Source of the DNA: Eledone cirrhosa
Taxonomy: Eukaryota
Assembly (NCBI GenBank): GCA_964016885.1
Contig: OZ024741.1
Coordinates: 255,316,001-255,380,000, forward strand
DNA: 64,000 nt
Direction of reading: 5' to 3'
In this document: positions 1 to 13,200 of the stretch, in pieces
Layout: the number at the start of each line of letters is the position of its first letter
Position numbering within the stretch: position 1 is the first letter of the stretch
Translations under genes and position numbers: made by a program
Notes under the pieces: generated by a model
What the model saw: the letters and a program-made list of their open reading frames with translations, nothing else
Told to the model about the DNA's origin: nothing
The model's database searches: none

Positions 1-3000
1 TTGCTGTTTTGTGTGTCAGTGCCGGTGTTGTTGTTGTTGCTGTTTTCTCTGTCAGTGCCAGTGTTGTTGTTGTTGCTGTTTTCTCTGTCAGTGCCAGTGT
101 TGTTGTTGTTGCTGTTTTCTGTGTCAGTGCCAGTGTTGTTGTAGTTGTTGCTGTTTTCTGTGTCAGTGCCAGTGTTGTTGTAGTTGTTGCTGTTTTCTGT
201 GTCAGTGCCAGTGTTGTTGTAGTTGTTGCTGTTTTCTCTGTCAGTGCCAGTGTTGTTGTAGTTGTTGCTGTTTTCTCTGTCAGTGCCAGTGTTGTTGTAG
301 TTGTTGATGTTTTCTGTGTCAATGCCAGTGTTGTTGTTGTTGCTGTTTTCTCTGTCAGTGCCAGTGTTGTAGTTGTTGCTGTTTTCTCTGTCAGTGCCAG
401 TGTTGTTGTAGTTGTTGCTGTTTTCTGTGTCAGTGCCAGTGTTGTTGCTGTTGTTGCTGTTTTCTGTGTCAGTGCCAGTGTTGTTGTTGTTGCTGTTTTC
501 TCTGTCAGTGCCAGTGTTTTTGTTGTTGCTGTTTTCTGTGTCAGTGCCAGTGTTGTTCTAGTTGTTGCTGTTTTCTGTGTCAGTGCCAGTGTTGTTGTAG
601 TTGTTGCTGTTTTCTCTGTCAGTGCCAGTGTTGTTGTAGTTGTTGCTGTTTTCTCTGTCAGTGCCAGTGTTGTTGTAGTTGTTGCTGTTTTCTCTGTCAG
701 TGCCAGTGTTGTTGTAGTTATTGCTGTTTTCTGTGTCAGTGCCACTGTTGTTGTTGCTGTTTTCTGTGTCGGTGCCAGTGTTGTTGTTGTTGCTGTTTTC
801 TCTGTCAGTGCCAGTGTTGTTGTTGCTGTTTTCTCTGTCAGTGCCAGTGGTGTTGTAGTTGTTGCTGTTTTCTGTGTCAGTGCCAGTGTTGTTGTTGTTG
901 CTGTTTTCTCTGTCAGTGCCAGTGATGTTGTAGTTGTTGCTGTTTTCTGTGTTAGTGCCAGTGTTGTTGTAGTTGTTGCTGTTTTCTGTGTCAGTGCCAG
1001 TGTTGTTGCTGTTGCTGTTTTCTCTGTCAGTGTCAGTGTTGTTGTAGTTGTTGCTGCTTTCTCTGTCAGTGCCAGTGTTGTTGTAGTTGTTGCTGTTTTC
1101 TGTGTCAGTGCCAGTGTTGTTGTTGTTGCTGTTTTCTCTGTCAGTGCCAGTGTTGTTGTAGTTGTTGCTGTTTTCTGTGTCAGTGCCACTGTTGTTGTTG
1201 CTGTTTTCTCTGTCAGTGCCAGTGTTGTTGTAGTTTTTGCTGTTTTCTGTGTCAGTGCCAGTGTTGTTTTTGCTGTTTTCTGTGTCAGTGCCAGTGTTGT
1301 TGTTGTTGCTGTTTTCTCTGTCAGTGCCAGTGTTGTTGCTGTTGCTATTTTCACTGTCAGTGCCAGTGTTGTTGTTGTTGCTGTTTTCTGTGTCAGTGCC
1401 AGTGTTGTTGTTGTTGCTGTTTTCTTTGTCAGTGCCAGTGTTGTTGTTGTTACTGTTGCTGTTTTCTGTGTCAGTGCCAGTGTTGTTGTAGTTGTTGCTG
1501 TTTTCTGTGCCAGTGCCAGTGTTATTGTTGCTGTTGTTGCTGTTTTCTGTGTCAGTGCCACGGTTGTTGCTGTTGTTGCTGTTTTCTGTGTCAGTGCCAA
1601 TGTTGTTGTTGCTGTTTTCTGTGTCAGTGCCAGTGTTGTTGTTGCTGTTGTTGCTGTTTTCTGTGCCAGTGTTGTTGTTGTTGCTGTTTTCTGTGTCAGT
1701 GCCAGTGTTGTTGTAGTTGTTGCTGTTTTCTGTGTCAGTGCCAGTGTTGTTGTAGTTGTTGCTGTTTTCTGTGTCAGTGCCAGTGTTGTTGTAGTTGTTG
1801 CTGTTTTCTCTGTCAGTGCCAGTGTTGTTGTAGTTGTTGATGTTTTCTGTGTCAATGCCAGTGTTGTTGTTGTTTTCTCTGTCAGTGCCAGTGTTGTAGT
1901 TGTTGCTGTTTACTCTGTCAGTGTCAGTGTTGTTGTAGTTGTTGCTGTTTTCTGTGTCAGTGCCAGTGTTGTTGCTGTTGTTGATGTTTTCTGCGTCAGT
2001 GCCAGTGTTGTTGTTGTTGCTGTTTTCTCTGTCAGTGCCAGTGTTTTTGTTGTTGCTGTTTTCTGTGTCAGTGCCAGTGTTGTTCTAGTTGTTGCTGTTT
2101 TCTGTGTCAGTGCCAGTGTTGTTGTAGTTGTTGCTGTTTTCTCTGTCAGTGCCAGTGTTGTAGTTGTTGCTGTTTTCTGTGTCAGTGCCAGTGTTGTTGT
2201 TGTTGCTGTTTTCTCTGTCAGTGCCAGTGTTGTTGTAGTTGTTGCTGTTTTCTCTGTCAGTGCCAGTGTTGTTGTAGTTGTTGCTGTTTTCTGTGTCAGT
2301 GCCGGTGTTGTTGTTGTTATTGTTTTCTCTGTCAATGCCAGTGTTGTTGTTGTTGCTGTTTTCTCTGTCAGTGCCAGTGTTGTTGTTGTTGCTGTTTTCT
2401 GTGTCAGTGCCAGTGTTGTTGTTGTTGCTGTTTTCTGTGTCAGTGCCAGTGTTGTTGTAGTTGTTGCTGTTTTCTGTGCCAGTGCCAGTGTTGTTGTAGT
2501 TGTTGCTGTTTTCTGTGTCAGTGCCAGTGTTGTTGTAGTTGTTGCTGTTTTCTCTGTGAGTGCCAGTGTTGTTGTAGTTGTTGCTGTTTTCTCTGTCAGT
2601 GCCAGTGTTGTTGTAGTTGTTGCTGTTTTCTGTGTCAGTGCCAGTGTTGTTGTTGTTGCTGTTTTCTCTGTCAGTGCCAGTGTTGTTGTAGTTGTTGCTG
2701 TTTTCTGTGTCAGTGCCAGTGTTGTTGTAGTTGTTGCTGTTTTCTCTGTCAGTGCCAGTGTTGTTGTAGTTGTTGCTGTTTTCTGTGTCAGTGCCAGTGT
2801 TGTTGTTGCTGTTTTCTCTGTCAGTGCCAGTGTTGTTGTAGCTGTTGCTGTTTTCTCTGTCAGTGCCAGTGATGTTGTAGTTGTTGCTGTTTTCTCTGTC
2901 AGTGCCAGTGTTGTAGTTGTTGCTGTTTTCTGTGTCAGTGCCAGTGTTGTTGCTGTTGCTGTTTTCTCTGTCAGTGCCAGTGTTGTTGTAGTTGTTGCTG

Positions 3001-6000
3001 CTTTCTCTGTCAGTGCCAGTGTTGTTGTAGTTGTTGCTGTTTTCTGTGTCAGTGCCAGTGTTGTTGTTGTTGCTGTTTTCTCTGTCAGTGCCAGTGTTGT
3101 TGTAGTTTTTGCTGTTTTCTGTGTCAGTGCCAGTGTTGTTGTTGCTGTTTTCTGTGTCAGTGCCAGTGTTGTTGTTGTTGCTGTTTTCTCTGTCAGTGCC
3201 AGTGTTGTTGTTGCTGTTTTCTCTGTCAGTGCCAGTGTTGTTGTAGTTGTTGCTGTTTTCTCTGTCAGTGCCAGTGTTGTTGTAGTTGTTGCTGTTTTCT
3301 GTGTCAATGCCAGTGTTGTTGTTGTTGCTGTTTTCTCTGTCAGTGCCAGTGTTGTAGTTGTTGCTGTTTTCTCTGTCAGTGCCAGTGTTGTTGTAGTTGT
3401 TGCTGTTTTCTGTGTCAGTGCCAGTGTTGTTGCTGTTGTTGCTGTTTTCTGTGTCAGTGCCAGTGTTGTTGTTGTTGCTGTTTTCTCTGTCAGTGCCAGT
3501 GTTTTTGTTGTTGCTGTTTTCTGTGTCAGTGCCAGTGTTGTTCTAGTTGTTGCTGTTTTCTGTGTCAGTGCCAGTGTTGTTGTAGTTGTTGCTGTTTTCT
3601 CTGTCAGTGCCAGTGTTGTTGTAGTTGTTGCTGTTTTCTCTGTCAGTGCCAGTGTTGTTGTAGTTGTTGCTGTTTTCTGTGTCAGTGCCACTGTTGTTGT
3701 TGCTGTTTTCTGTGTCAGTGCCAGTGTTGTTGTAGATGTTGCTGTTTTCTCTGTCAGTGCCAGTGTTGTTGTAGTTGTTGCTGTTTTCTGTGTCAATGCC
3801 AGTGTTGTTGTTGTTGCTGTTTTCTCTGTCAGTGCCAGTGATGTTGTAGTTGTTGCTGTTTTCTGTGTTAGTGCCACTGTTGTTGTTGCTGTTTTCTGTG
3901 TCGGTGCCAGTGTTGTTGTTGTTGCTGTTTTCTCTGTCAGTGCCAGTGTTGTTGTTGCTGTTTTCTCTTTCAGTGCCAGTGTTGTTGTAGTTGTTGCTGT
4001 TTTCTGTGTCAGTGCCAGTGTTGTTGTTGTTGCTGTTTTCTCTGTCAGTGCCAGTGATGTTGTAGTTGTTGCTGTTTTCTGTGTTAGTGCCAGTGTTGTT
4101 GTAGTTGTTGCTGTTTTCTGTGTCAGTGCCAGTGTTGTTGCTGTTGCTGTTTTCTCTGTCAGTGCCAGTGTTGTTGTAGTTGTTGCTGCTTTCTCTGTCA
4201 GTGCCAGTGTTGTTGTAGTTGTTGCTGTTTTCTGTGTCAGTGCCAGTGTTGTTGTTGTTGCGGTTTTCTCTGTCAGTGCCAGTGTTGTTGTAGTTGTTGC
4301 TGTTTTCTGTGTCAGTGCCACTGTTGTTGTTGCTGTTTTCTCTGTCAGTGCCAGTGTTGTTGTAGTTTTTGCTGTTTTCTGTGTCAGTGCCAGTGTTGTT
4401 GTTGTTGCTGTTTTCTCTGTCAGTGCCAGTGTTGTTGCTGTTGCTATTTTCACTGTCAGTGCCAGTGTTGTTGTTGTTGCTGTTTTCTGTGTCAGTGCCA
4501 GTGTTGTTGTTGTTGCTGTTTTCTTTGTCAGTGCCAGTGTTGTTGTTGTTACTGTTGCTGTTTTCTGTGTCAGTGCCAGTGTTGTAGTTGTTGCTGTTTT
4601 CTGTGCCAGTGCCAGTGTTATTGTTGCTGTTGTTGCTGTTTTCTGTGTCAGTGCCACGGTTGTTGCTGTTGTTCCTGTTTTCTGTGTCAGTGCCAGTGTT
4701 GTTGTTGCTGTTTTCTGTGTCAGTGCCAGTGTTGTTCTAGTTGTTGCTGTTTTCTGTGTCAGTGCCAGTGTTGTTGTAGTTGTTGCTGTTTTCTCTGTCA
4801 GTGCCAGTGTTGTAGTTGTTGCTGTTTTCTGTGTCAGTGCCAGTGTTGTTGTTGCTGTTTTCTCTGTCAGTGCCAGTGTTGTTGTAGTTGTTGCTGTTTT
4901 CTCTGTCAGTGCCAGTGTTGTTGTAGTTGTTGCTGTTTTCTGTGTCAGTGCCGGTGTTGTTCTAGTTGTTGCTGTTTTCTCTGTCAATGCCAGTGTTGTT
5001 GTTGTTGCTGTTTTCTCTGTCAGTGCCAGTGTTGTTGTTGTTGCTGTTTTCTGTGTCAGTGCCAGTGTTGTTGTTGTTGCTGTTTTCTGTGTCAGTGCCA
5101 GTGTTGTTGTAGTTGTTGCTGTTTTCTGTGCCAGTGTTGTTGTAGTTGTTGCTGTTTTCTGTGTCAGTGCCAGTGTTGTTGTAGTTGTTGCTGTTTTCTC
5201 TGTGAGTGCCAGTGTTGTTGTAGTTGTTGCTGTTTTCTCTGTCAGTGCCAGAGTTGATGTAGTTGTTGCTGTTTTCTGTGTCAGTGCCAGTGTTGTTGTT
5301 GTTGCTGTTTTCTCTGTCTGTGCCAGTGTTGTTGTAGTTGTTGCTGTTTTCTGTGTCAGTGCCAGTGTTGTTGCTGTTGTTGCTGTTTTTTGTGTCAGTG
5401 CCAGTGTTGTTGTTGTTGCTGTTTTCTGTGTCAGTGCCAGTGTTGTTGTTGCTATTTTCACTGTCAGTGCCAGTGTTGTTGTAGCTGTTGCTGTTTTCTG
5501 TGTCAGTGCCAGTGTTGTTGTAGTTGTTGCTGTTTACTGTGTCAGTGCCAGTGTTGTTGTAGTTGTTGCTGTTTTCTCTGTCAGTGCCAGTGTTGTTGTA
5601 GTTGTTGCTGTTTTCTCTGTCAGTGCCAGTGTTGTTGTAGTTGTTGCTGTTTTCTGTGTCAGTGCCAGTGTTGTTGTTGTTGCTGTTTTCTCTGTCAGTG
5701 CCAGTGTTGTTGTAGTTGTTGCTGTTTTCTCTGTCAGTGCCAGTGTTGTTGTAGTTGTTGCTGTTTTTTGTGTCAGTGCCAGTGTTGTTGTAGTTGTTGC
5801 TGTTTTCTCTGTCAGTGCCAGTGTTGTTGTAGTTGTTGCTGTTTTCTGTGTCAGTTCCAGTGTTGTTGTTGTTGCTGTTTTCTGTGTCAGTGCCAGTGTT
5901 GTTGTTGTTGCTATTTTCACTGTCAGTGCCAGTGTTGTTGCTGTTGCTGTTTTCTCTGTCAGTGCCAGTGATGTTGTAGTTGTTGCTGTTTTCTGTGTTA

Positions 6001-9000
6001 GTGCCAGTGTTGTTGTAGTTGTTGCTGTTTTCTGTGTCAGTGCCAGTGTTGTTGCTGTCGCTGTTTTCTCTGTCAGTGCCAGTGTTGTTGTAGTTGTTGC
6101 TGCTTTCTCTGTCAGTGCCAGTGTTGTTGTAGTTGTTGCTGTTATCTGTGTCAGTGCCAGTGTTGTTGTTGTTGCTGTTTTCTCTGTCAGTGCCAGTGTT
6201 GTTGTAGTTGTTGCTGTTTTCTGTGTCAGTGCCACTGTTGTTGTTGCTGTTTTCTCTGTCAGTGCCAGTGTTGTTGTAGTTTTTGCTGTTTTCTGTGTCA
6301 GTGCCAGTGTTGTTGTAGTTGTTGCTGTTTTCTCTGTCAGTGCCAGTGTTGTTGTAGTTGTTGCTGTTTTCTGTGTCAGTGCCAGTGTTGTTGTAGTTGT
6401 TGCTGTTTTCTCTGTCAGTGCCAGTGTTGTTGTAGTTGTTGCTGTTTTCTCTGTCAGTGCCAGTGTTGTTGTAGTTGTTGCTGTTTTCTGTGTCAATGCC
6501 AGTGTTGTTGTTGTTGCTGTTTTCTCTGTCAGTGCCAGTGTTGTAGTTGTTGCTGTTTTCTCTGTCAGTGCCAGTGTTGTTGTAGTTGTTGCTGTTTTCT
6601 GTGTCAGTGCCAGTGTTATTGCTGTTGTTGCTGTTTTCTGTGTCAGTGCCAGTGTTGTTGTTGTTGCTGTTTTCTCTGTCAGTGCCAGTGTTTTTGTTGT
6701 TGCTGTTTTCTGTGTCAGTGCCAGTGTTGTTCTAGTTGTTGCTATTTTCTGTGTCAGTGCCAGTGTTGTTGTAGTTGTTGCTGTTTTCTCTGTCAGTGCC
6801 AGTGTTGTTGTAGTTGTTGCTGTTTTCTCTGTCAGTGCCAGTGTTGTTGTAGTTGTTGCTGTTTTCTGTGTCAGTGCCAGTGTTGTTGTTGTTGCTGTTT
6901 TCTCTGTCAGTGCCAGTGTTGTTGTAGTTATTGATGTTTTCTGTGTCAGTGCCACTGTTGTTGTTGCTGTTTTCTGTGTCAGTGCCAGTGTTGTTGTTGT
7001 TGCTGTTTTCTCTGTCAGTGCCAGTGTTGTTGTTGCTGTTTTCTCTGTCAGTGCCAGTGTTGTTGTTGCTGTTTTCTGTGTCAGTGCCATTGTTATTGCT
7101 GTTGTTGCTGTTTTCTCTGTCAGTGCCAGTGTTGTTGTTGCTGTTGCTGTTTTCTCTGTCAGTGCCAGTGTTGTTGTAGTTGTTGCTGTTTTCTCTGTCA
7201 GTGCCAGTGTTGTAGTTGTTGCTGTTTTCTGTGTCAGTGCCAGTGTTGTTGTTGTTGCTGTTTTCTCTGTCAGTGCCAGTGTTGTTGTAGTTGTTGCTGT
7301 TTTCTCTGTCAGTGCCAGTGTTGTTGTAGTTGTTGCTGTTTTCTGTGTCAGTGCCAGTGTTGTTGTTGTTGCTGTTTTCTCTGTCAGTGCCAGTGTTGTT
7401 GTAGTTGTTGCTGTTTTCTGTGTCAGTGCCAGTGTTGTTGTAGTTGTTGCCGTTTTCTCTGTCAGTGCCAGTGTTGTTGTAGTTGTTGCTGTTTTCTGTG
7501 TCAGTGCCAGTGTTGTTGTTGCTGTTTTCTCTGTCAGTGCCAGTGTTGTTGTAGTTGTTGCTGTTTTCTCTGTCAGTGCCAGTTTTGTTGTAGTTTTTGC
7601 TGTTTTCTGTGTCAGTGCCAGTGTTGTTGTAGTTGTTGCTGTTTTCTTTGTCAGTGGCAGTGTTGTTGTTGTTGCTGTTTTCTCTGTCAGTGCCAGTGTT
7701 GTAGTTGTTGCTGTTTTCTCTGTCAGTGCCAGTGTTGTTGTTGTTGTTGCTGTTTTCTCTGTCAGTGCCAGTGTTGTTGTTGTTGCTATTTTCACTGTCA
7801 GTGCCAGTGTTGTTGTTGTTGCTATTTTCACTGTCAGTGCCAGTGTTGTTGTTGTTGCTATTTTCACTGTCAGTGCCAGTGTTGTTGTTGTTACTGTTGC
7901 TGTTTTCTGTGTCAGTGCCAGTGTTGTTGTTGTTACTGTTGCTGTTTCCTGTGCCACTGCCAGTGTTATTGTTGCTGTTGTTGCTGTTTTGTCTGTCAGT
8001 GCCAGTGTTGTAGTTGTTGCTGTTTTCTCTGACACTGCCAGTGTTGTTGTAGTTGTTGCTGTTTTATGTGTCAGTGCCAGTGTTGTTGTTGTTGCTGTTT
8101 TCTGTGTCAGTGCCAGTGTTGTTGTTGTTGCTATTTTCACTGTCAGTGCCAGTGTTGTTGCTGTTGCTGTTTTCTCTGTCAGTGCCAGTGATGTTGTAGT
8201 TGTTGCTGTTTTCTGTGTTAGTGCCAGTGTTGTTGTAGTTGTTGCTGTTTTCTGTGTCAGTGCCAGTGTTGTTGCTGTTGCTGTTTTCTCTGTCAGTGCC
8301 AGTGTTGTTGTAGTTGTTGCTGTTTTCTGTGTCAGTGCCACTGTTGTTGTTGCTGTTGTCTGTGTCTGTGCCAGTGTTGTTGTTGTTGCTGTTTTCTCTG
8401 TCAGTGCCAGTGTTGTTGTTGCTGTTTTCTCTGTCAGTGTCAGTGTTGTTGTAGTTGTTGCTGTTTTTTGTGTCAGTGCCAGTGTTGTTATAGTTGTTGC
8501 TGTTTTCTCTGTCAGTTCCAGTGTTGTTGTTGTTGTTGCTGTTTTCTCTGTCAGTGCCAGTGTTGTAGTTGTTGCTGTTTTCTCTGTCAGTGCCAGTGTT
8601 GTTGTAGTTGTTGCTGTTTTCTGTGTCAGTGCCAGTGTTGTTGTTGTTGCTGTTTTCTGTGTCAGTGCCAGTGTTGTTGTTGTTGCTATTTTCACTGTCA
8701 GTGCCAGTGTTGTTGCTGTTGCTGTTTTCTCTGTCAGTGCCAGTGATGTTGTAGTTGTTGCTGTTTTCTGTGTTAGTGCCAGTGTTGTTGTAGTTGTTGC
8801 TGCTTTCTGTGTCAGTGCCAGTGTTGTTGCTGTTGCTGTTTTCTTTGTCAATGCCAGTGTTGTTGTAGTTGTTGCTGCTTTCTCTGTCAGTGCCAGTGTT
8901 GTTGTAGTTGTTGCTGTTTTCTGTGTCAGTGCCAGTGTTGTTGTAGTTGTTGCTGTTTTCTGTGTCAGTGCCAGTGTTGTTGTTGTTGATGTTTTCTCTG

Positions 9001-12000
9001 TCAGTGCCAGTGTTGTTGTAGTTGTTGCTGTTTTCTGTGTCAGTGCCACTGTTGTTATTGCTGTTTTCTCTGTCAGTGCCAGTGTTGTTGCTGTTGCTAT
9101 TTTCACTGTCAGTGCCAGTGTTGTTGTTGTTGCTGTTTTCTGTGTCAGTGCCAGTGTTGTTGTTGTTGCTGTTTTCTTTGTCAGTGCCAGTGTTGTTGTT
9201 GTTACTGTTGCTGTTTTCTGTGTCAGTTCCAGTGTTGCTGTTGCTGTTTTCTGTGCCAGTGCCAGTGTTATTGTTGCTGTTGTTGTTGTTTTCTGTGTCA
9301 GTGCCACGGTTGTTGTTGCTGTTGTTGCTGTTTTCTGTGTCAGTGTCAGTGTTGTTGTTGCTGTTTTCTGTGTCAGTGCCAGTGTTGTTGTTGCTGTTGT
9401 TGCTGTTTTCTGTGCAGGTGTTGTTGTAGTTGTTGCTGTTTTGTGTGTCAGTGCCGGTGTTGTTGTTGTTGCTGTTTTCTCTGTCAGTGCCAGTGTTGTT
9501 GTTGTTGCTGTTTTCTCTGTCAGTGCCAGTGTTGTTGTTGTTGCTGTTTTCTGTGTCAGTGCCAGTGTTGTTGTAGTTGTTGCTGTTTTCTGTGTCAGTG
9601 CCAGTGTTGTTGTAGTTGTTGCTGTTTTCTGTGTCAGTGCCAGTGTTGTTGTAGTTGTTGCTGTTTTCTCTGTCAGTGCCAGTGTTGTTGTAGTTGTTGC
9701 TGTTTTCTCTGTCAGTGCCAGTGTTGTTGTAGTTGTTGATGTTTTCTGTGTCAATGCCAGTGTTGTTGTTGTTGCTGTTTTCTCTGTCAGTGCCAGTGTT
9801 GTAGTTGTTGCTGTTTTCTCTGTCAGTGCCAGTGTTGTTGTAGTTGTTGCTGTTTTCTGTGTCAGTGCCAGTGTTGTTGCTGTTGTTGCTGTTTTCTGTG
9901 TCAGTGCCAGTGTTGTTGTTGTTGCTGTTTTCTCTGTCAGTGCCAGTGTTTTTGTTGTTGCTGTTTTCTGTGTCAGTGCCAGTGTTGTTCTAGTTGTTGC
10001 TGTTTTCTGTGTCAGTGCCAGTGTTGTTGTAGTTGTTGCTGTTTTCTCTGTCAGTGCCAGTGTTGTTGTAGTTGTTGCTGTTTTCTCTGTCAGTGCCAGT
10101 GTTGTTGTAGTTGTTGCTGTTTTCTGTGTCAGTGCCAGTGTTGTTGTTGTTGCTGTTTTCTCTGTCAGTGCCAGTGTTGTTGTAGTTATTGCTGTTTTCT
10201 GTGTCAGTGCCACTGTTGTTGTTGCTGTTTTCTGTGTCGGTGCCAGTGTTGTTGTTGTTGCTGTTTTCTCTGTCAGTGCCAGTGTTGTTGTTGCTGTTTT
10301 CTCTGTCAGTGCCAGTGTTGTTGTAGTTGTTGCTGTTTTCTGTGTCAGTGCCAGTGTTGTTGTTGTTGCTGTTTTCTCTGTCAGTGCCAGTGATGTTGTA
10401 GTTGTTGCTGTTTTCTGTGTTAGTGCCAGTGTTGTTGTAGTTGTTGCTGTTTTCTGTGTCAGTGCCAGTGTTGTTGCTGTTGCTGTTTTCTCTGTCAGTG
10501 TCAGTGTTGTTGTAGTTGTTGCTGCTTTCTCTGTCAGTGCCAGTGTTGTTGTAGTTGTTGCTGTTTTCTGTGTCAGTGCCAGTGTTGTTGTTGTTGCTGT
10601 TTTCTCTGCCAGTGCCAGTGTTGTTGTAGTTGTTGCTGTTTTCTGTGTCAGTGCCACTGTTGTTGTTGCTGTTTTCTCTGTCAGTGCCAGTGTTGTTGTA
10701 GTTTTTGCTGTTTTCTGTGTCAGTGCCAGTGTTGTTTTTGCTGTTTTCTGTGTCAGTGCCAGTGTTGTTGTTGTTGCTGTTTTCTCTGTCAGTGCCAGTG
10801 TTGTTGCTGTTGCTATTTTCACTGTCAGTGCCAGTGTTGTTGTTGTTGCTGTTTTCTGTGTCAGTGCCAGTGTTGTTGTTGTTGCTGTTTTCTTTGTCAG
10901 TGCCAGTGTTGTTGTTGTTACTGTTGCTGTTTTCTGTGTCAGTGCCAGTGTTGTTGTAGTTGTTGCTGTTTTCTGTGCCAGTGCCAGTGTTATTGTTGCT
11001 GTTGTTGCTGTTTTCTGTGTCAGTGCCACGGTTGTTGCTGTTGTTGCTGTTTTCTGTGTCAGTGCCAATGTTGTTGTTGCTGTTTTCTGTGTCAGTGCCA
11101 GTGTTGTTGTTGCTGTTGTTGCTGTTTTCTGTGCCAGTGTTGTTGTTGTTGCTGTTTTCTGTGTCAGTGCCAGTGTTGTTGTAGTTGTTGCTGTTTTCTG
11201 TGTCAGTGCCAGTGTTGTTGTAGTTGTTGCTGTTTTCTGTGTCAGTGCCAGTGTTGTTGTAGTTGTTGCTGTTTTCTCTGTCAGTGCCAGTGTTGTTGTA
11301 GTTGTTGATGTTTTCTGTGTCAATGCCAGTGTTGTTGTTGTTTTCTCTGTCAGTGCCAGTGTTGTAGTTGTTGCTGTTTACTCTGTCAGTGTCAGTGTTG
11401 TTGTAGTTGTTGCTGTTTTCTGTGTCAGTGCCAGTGTTGTTGCTGTTGTTGCTGTTTTCTGCGTCAGTGCCAGTGTTGTTGTTGTTGCTGTTTTCTCTGT
11501 CAGTGCCAGTGTTTTTGTTGTTGCTGTTTTCTGTGTCAGTGCCAGTGTTGTTCTAGTTGTTGCTGTTTTCTGTGTCAGTGCCAGTGTTGTTGTAGTTGTT
11601 GCTGTTTTCTCTGTCAGTGCCAGTGTTGTAGTTGTTGCTGTTTTCTGTGTCAGTGCCAGTGTTGTTGTTGTTGCTGTTTTCTCTGTCAGTGCCAGTGTTG
11701 TTGTAGTTGTTGCTGTTTTCTCTGTCAGTGCCAGTGTTGTTGTAGTTGTTGCTGTTTTCTGTGTCAGTGCCGGTGTTGTTGTTGTTGCTGTTTTCTCTGT
11801 CAATGCCAGTGTTGTTGTTGTTGCTGTTTTCTCTGTCAGTGCCAGTGTTGTTGTTGTTGCTGTTTTCTGTGTCAGTGCCAGTGTTGTTGTTGTTGCTGTT
11901 TTCTGTGTCAGTGCCAGTGTTGTTGTAGTTGTTGCTGTTTTCTGTGCCAGTGCCAGTGTTGTTGTAGTTGTTGCTGTTTTCTGTGTCAGTGCCAGTGTTG

Positions 12001-13200
12001 TTGTAGTTGTTGCTGTTTTCTCTGTGAGTGCCAGTGTTGTTGTAGTTGTTGCTGTTTTCTCTGTCAGTGCCAGTGTTGTTGTAGTTGTTGCTGTTTTCTG
12101 TGTCAGTGCCAGTGTTGTTGTTGTTGCTGTTTTCTCTGTCAGTGCCAGTGTTGTTGTAGTTGTTGCTGTTTTCTGTGTCAGTGCCAGTGTTGTTGTAGTT
12201 GTTGCTGTTTTCTGTGTCAGTGCCAGTGTTGTTGTAGTTGTTGCTGTTTTCTGTGTCAGTGCCAGTGTTGTTGTTGCTGTTTTCTCTGTCAGTGCCAGTG
12301 TTGTTGTAGCTGTTGCTGTTTTCTCTGTCAGTGCCAGTGATGTTGTAGTTGTTGCTGTTTTCTCTGTCAGTGCCAGTGTTGTAGTTGTTGCTGTTTTCTG
12401 TGTCAGTGCCAGTGTTGTTGCTGTTGCTGTTTTCTCTGTCAGTGCCAGTGTTGTTGTAGTTGTTGCTGCTTTCTCTGTCAGTGCCAGTGTTGTTGTAGTT
12501 GTTGCTGTTTTCTGTGTCAGTGCCAGTGTTGTTGTTGTTGCTGTTTTCTCTGTCAGTGCCAGTGTTGTTGTAGTTTTTGCTGTTTTCTGTGTCAGTGCCA
12601 GTGTTGTTGTTGCTGTTTTCTGTGTCAGTGCCAGTGTTGTTGTTGTTGCTGTTTTCTCTGTCAGTGCCAGTGTTGTTGTTGCTGTTTTCTCTGTCAGTGC
12701 CAGTGTTGTTGTAGTTGTTGCTATTTTCTCTGTCAGTGCCAGTGTTGTTGTAGTTGTTGCTGTTTTCTGTGTCAATGCCAGTGTTGTTGTTGTTGCTGTT
12801 TTCTCTGTCAGTGCCAGTGTTGTAGTTGTTGCTGTTTTCTCTGTCAGTGCCAGTGTTGTTGTAGTTGTTGCTGTTTTCTGTGTCAGTGCCAGTGTTGTTG
12901 CTGTTGTTGCTGTTTTCTGTGTCAGTGCCAGTGTTGTTGTTGTTGCTGTTTTCTCTGTCAGTGCCAGTGTTTTTGTTGTTGCTGTTTTCTGTGTCAGTGC
13001 CAGTGTTGTTCTAGTTGTTGCTGTTTTCTGTGTCAGTGCCAGTGTTGTTGTAGTTGTTGCTGTTTTCTCTGTCAGTGCCAGTGTTGTTGTAGTTGTTGCT
13101 GTTTTCTCTGTCAGTGCCAGTGTTGTTGTAGTTGTTGCTGTTTTCTGTGTCAGTGCCACTGTTGTTGTTGCTGTTTTCTGTGTCAGTGCCAGTGTTGTTG
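1..13200. repeat. Higher-order duplication: about 1-3.7 kb is repeated at about 9.4-13.2 kb (offset 9432-9468); boundaries approximate
   Basis: Landmarks 1237/10705, 1492/10960, 1910/11378 and 2278/11746 (all +9468); 11/9443 (+9432, one 36-bp unit less). Confidence 0.88.
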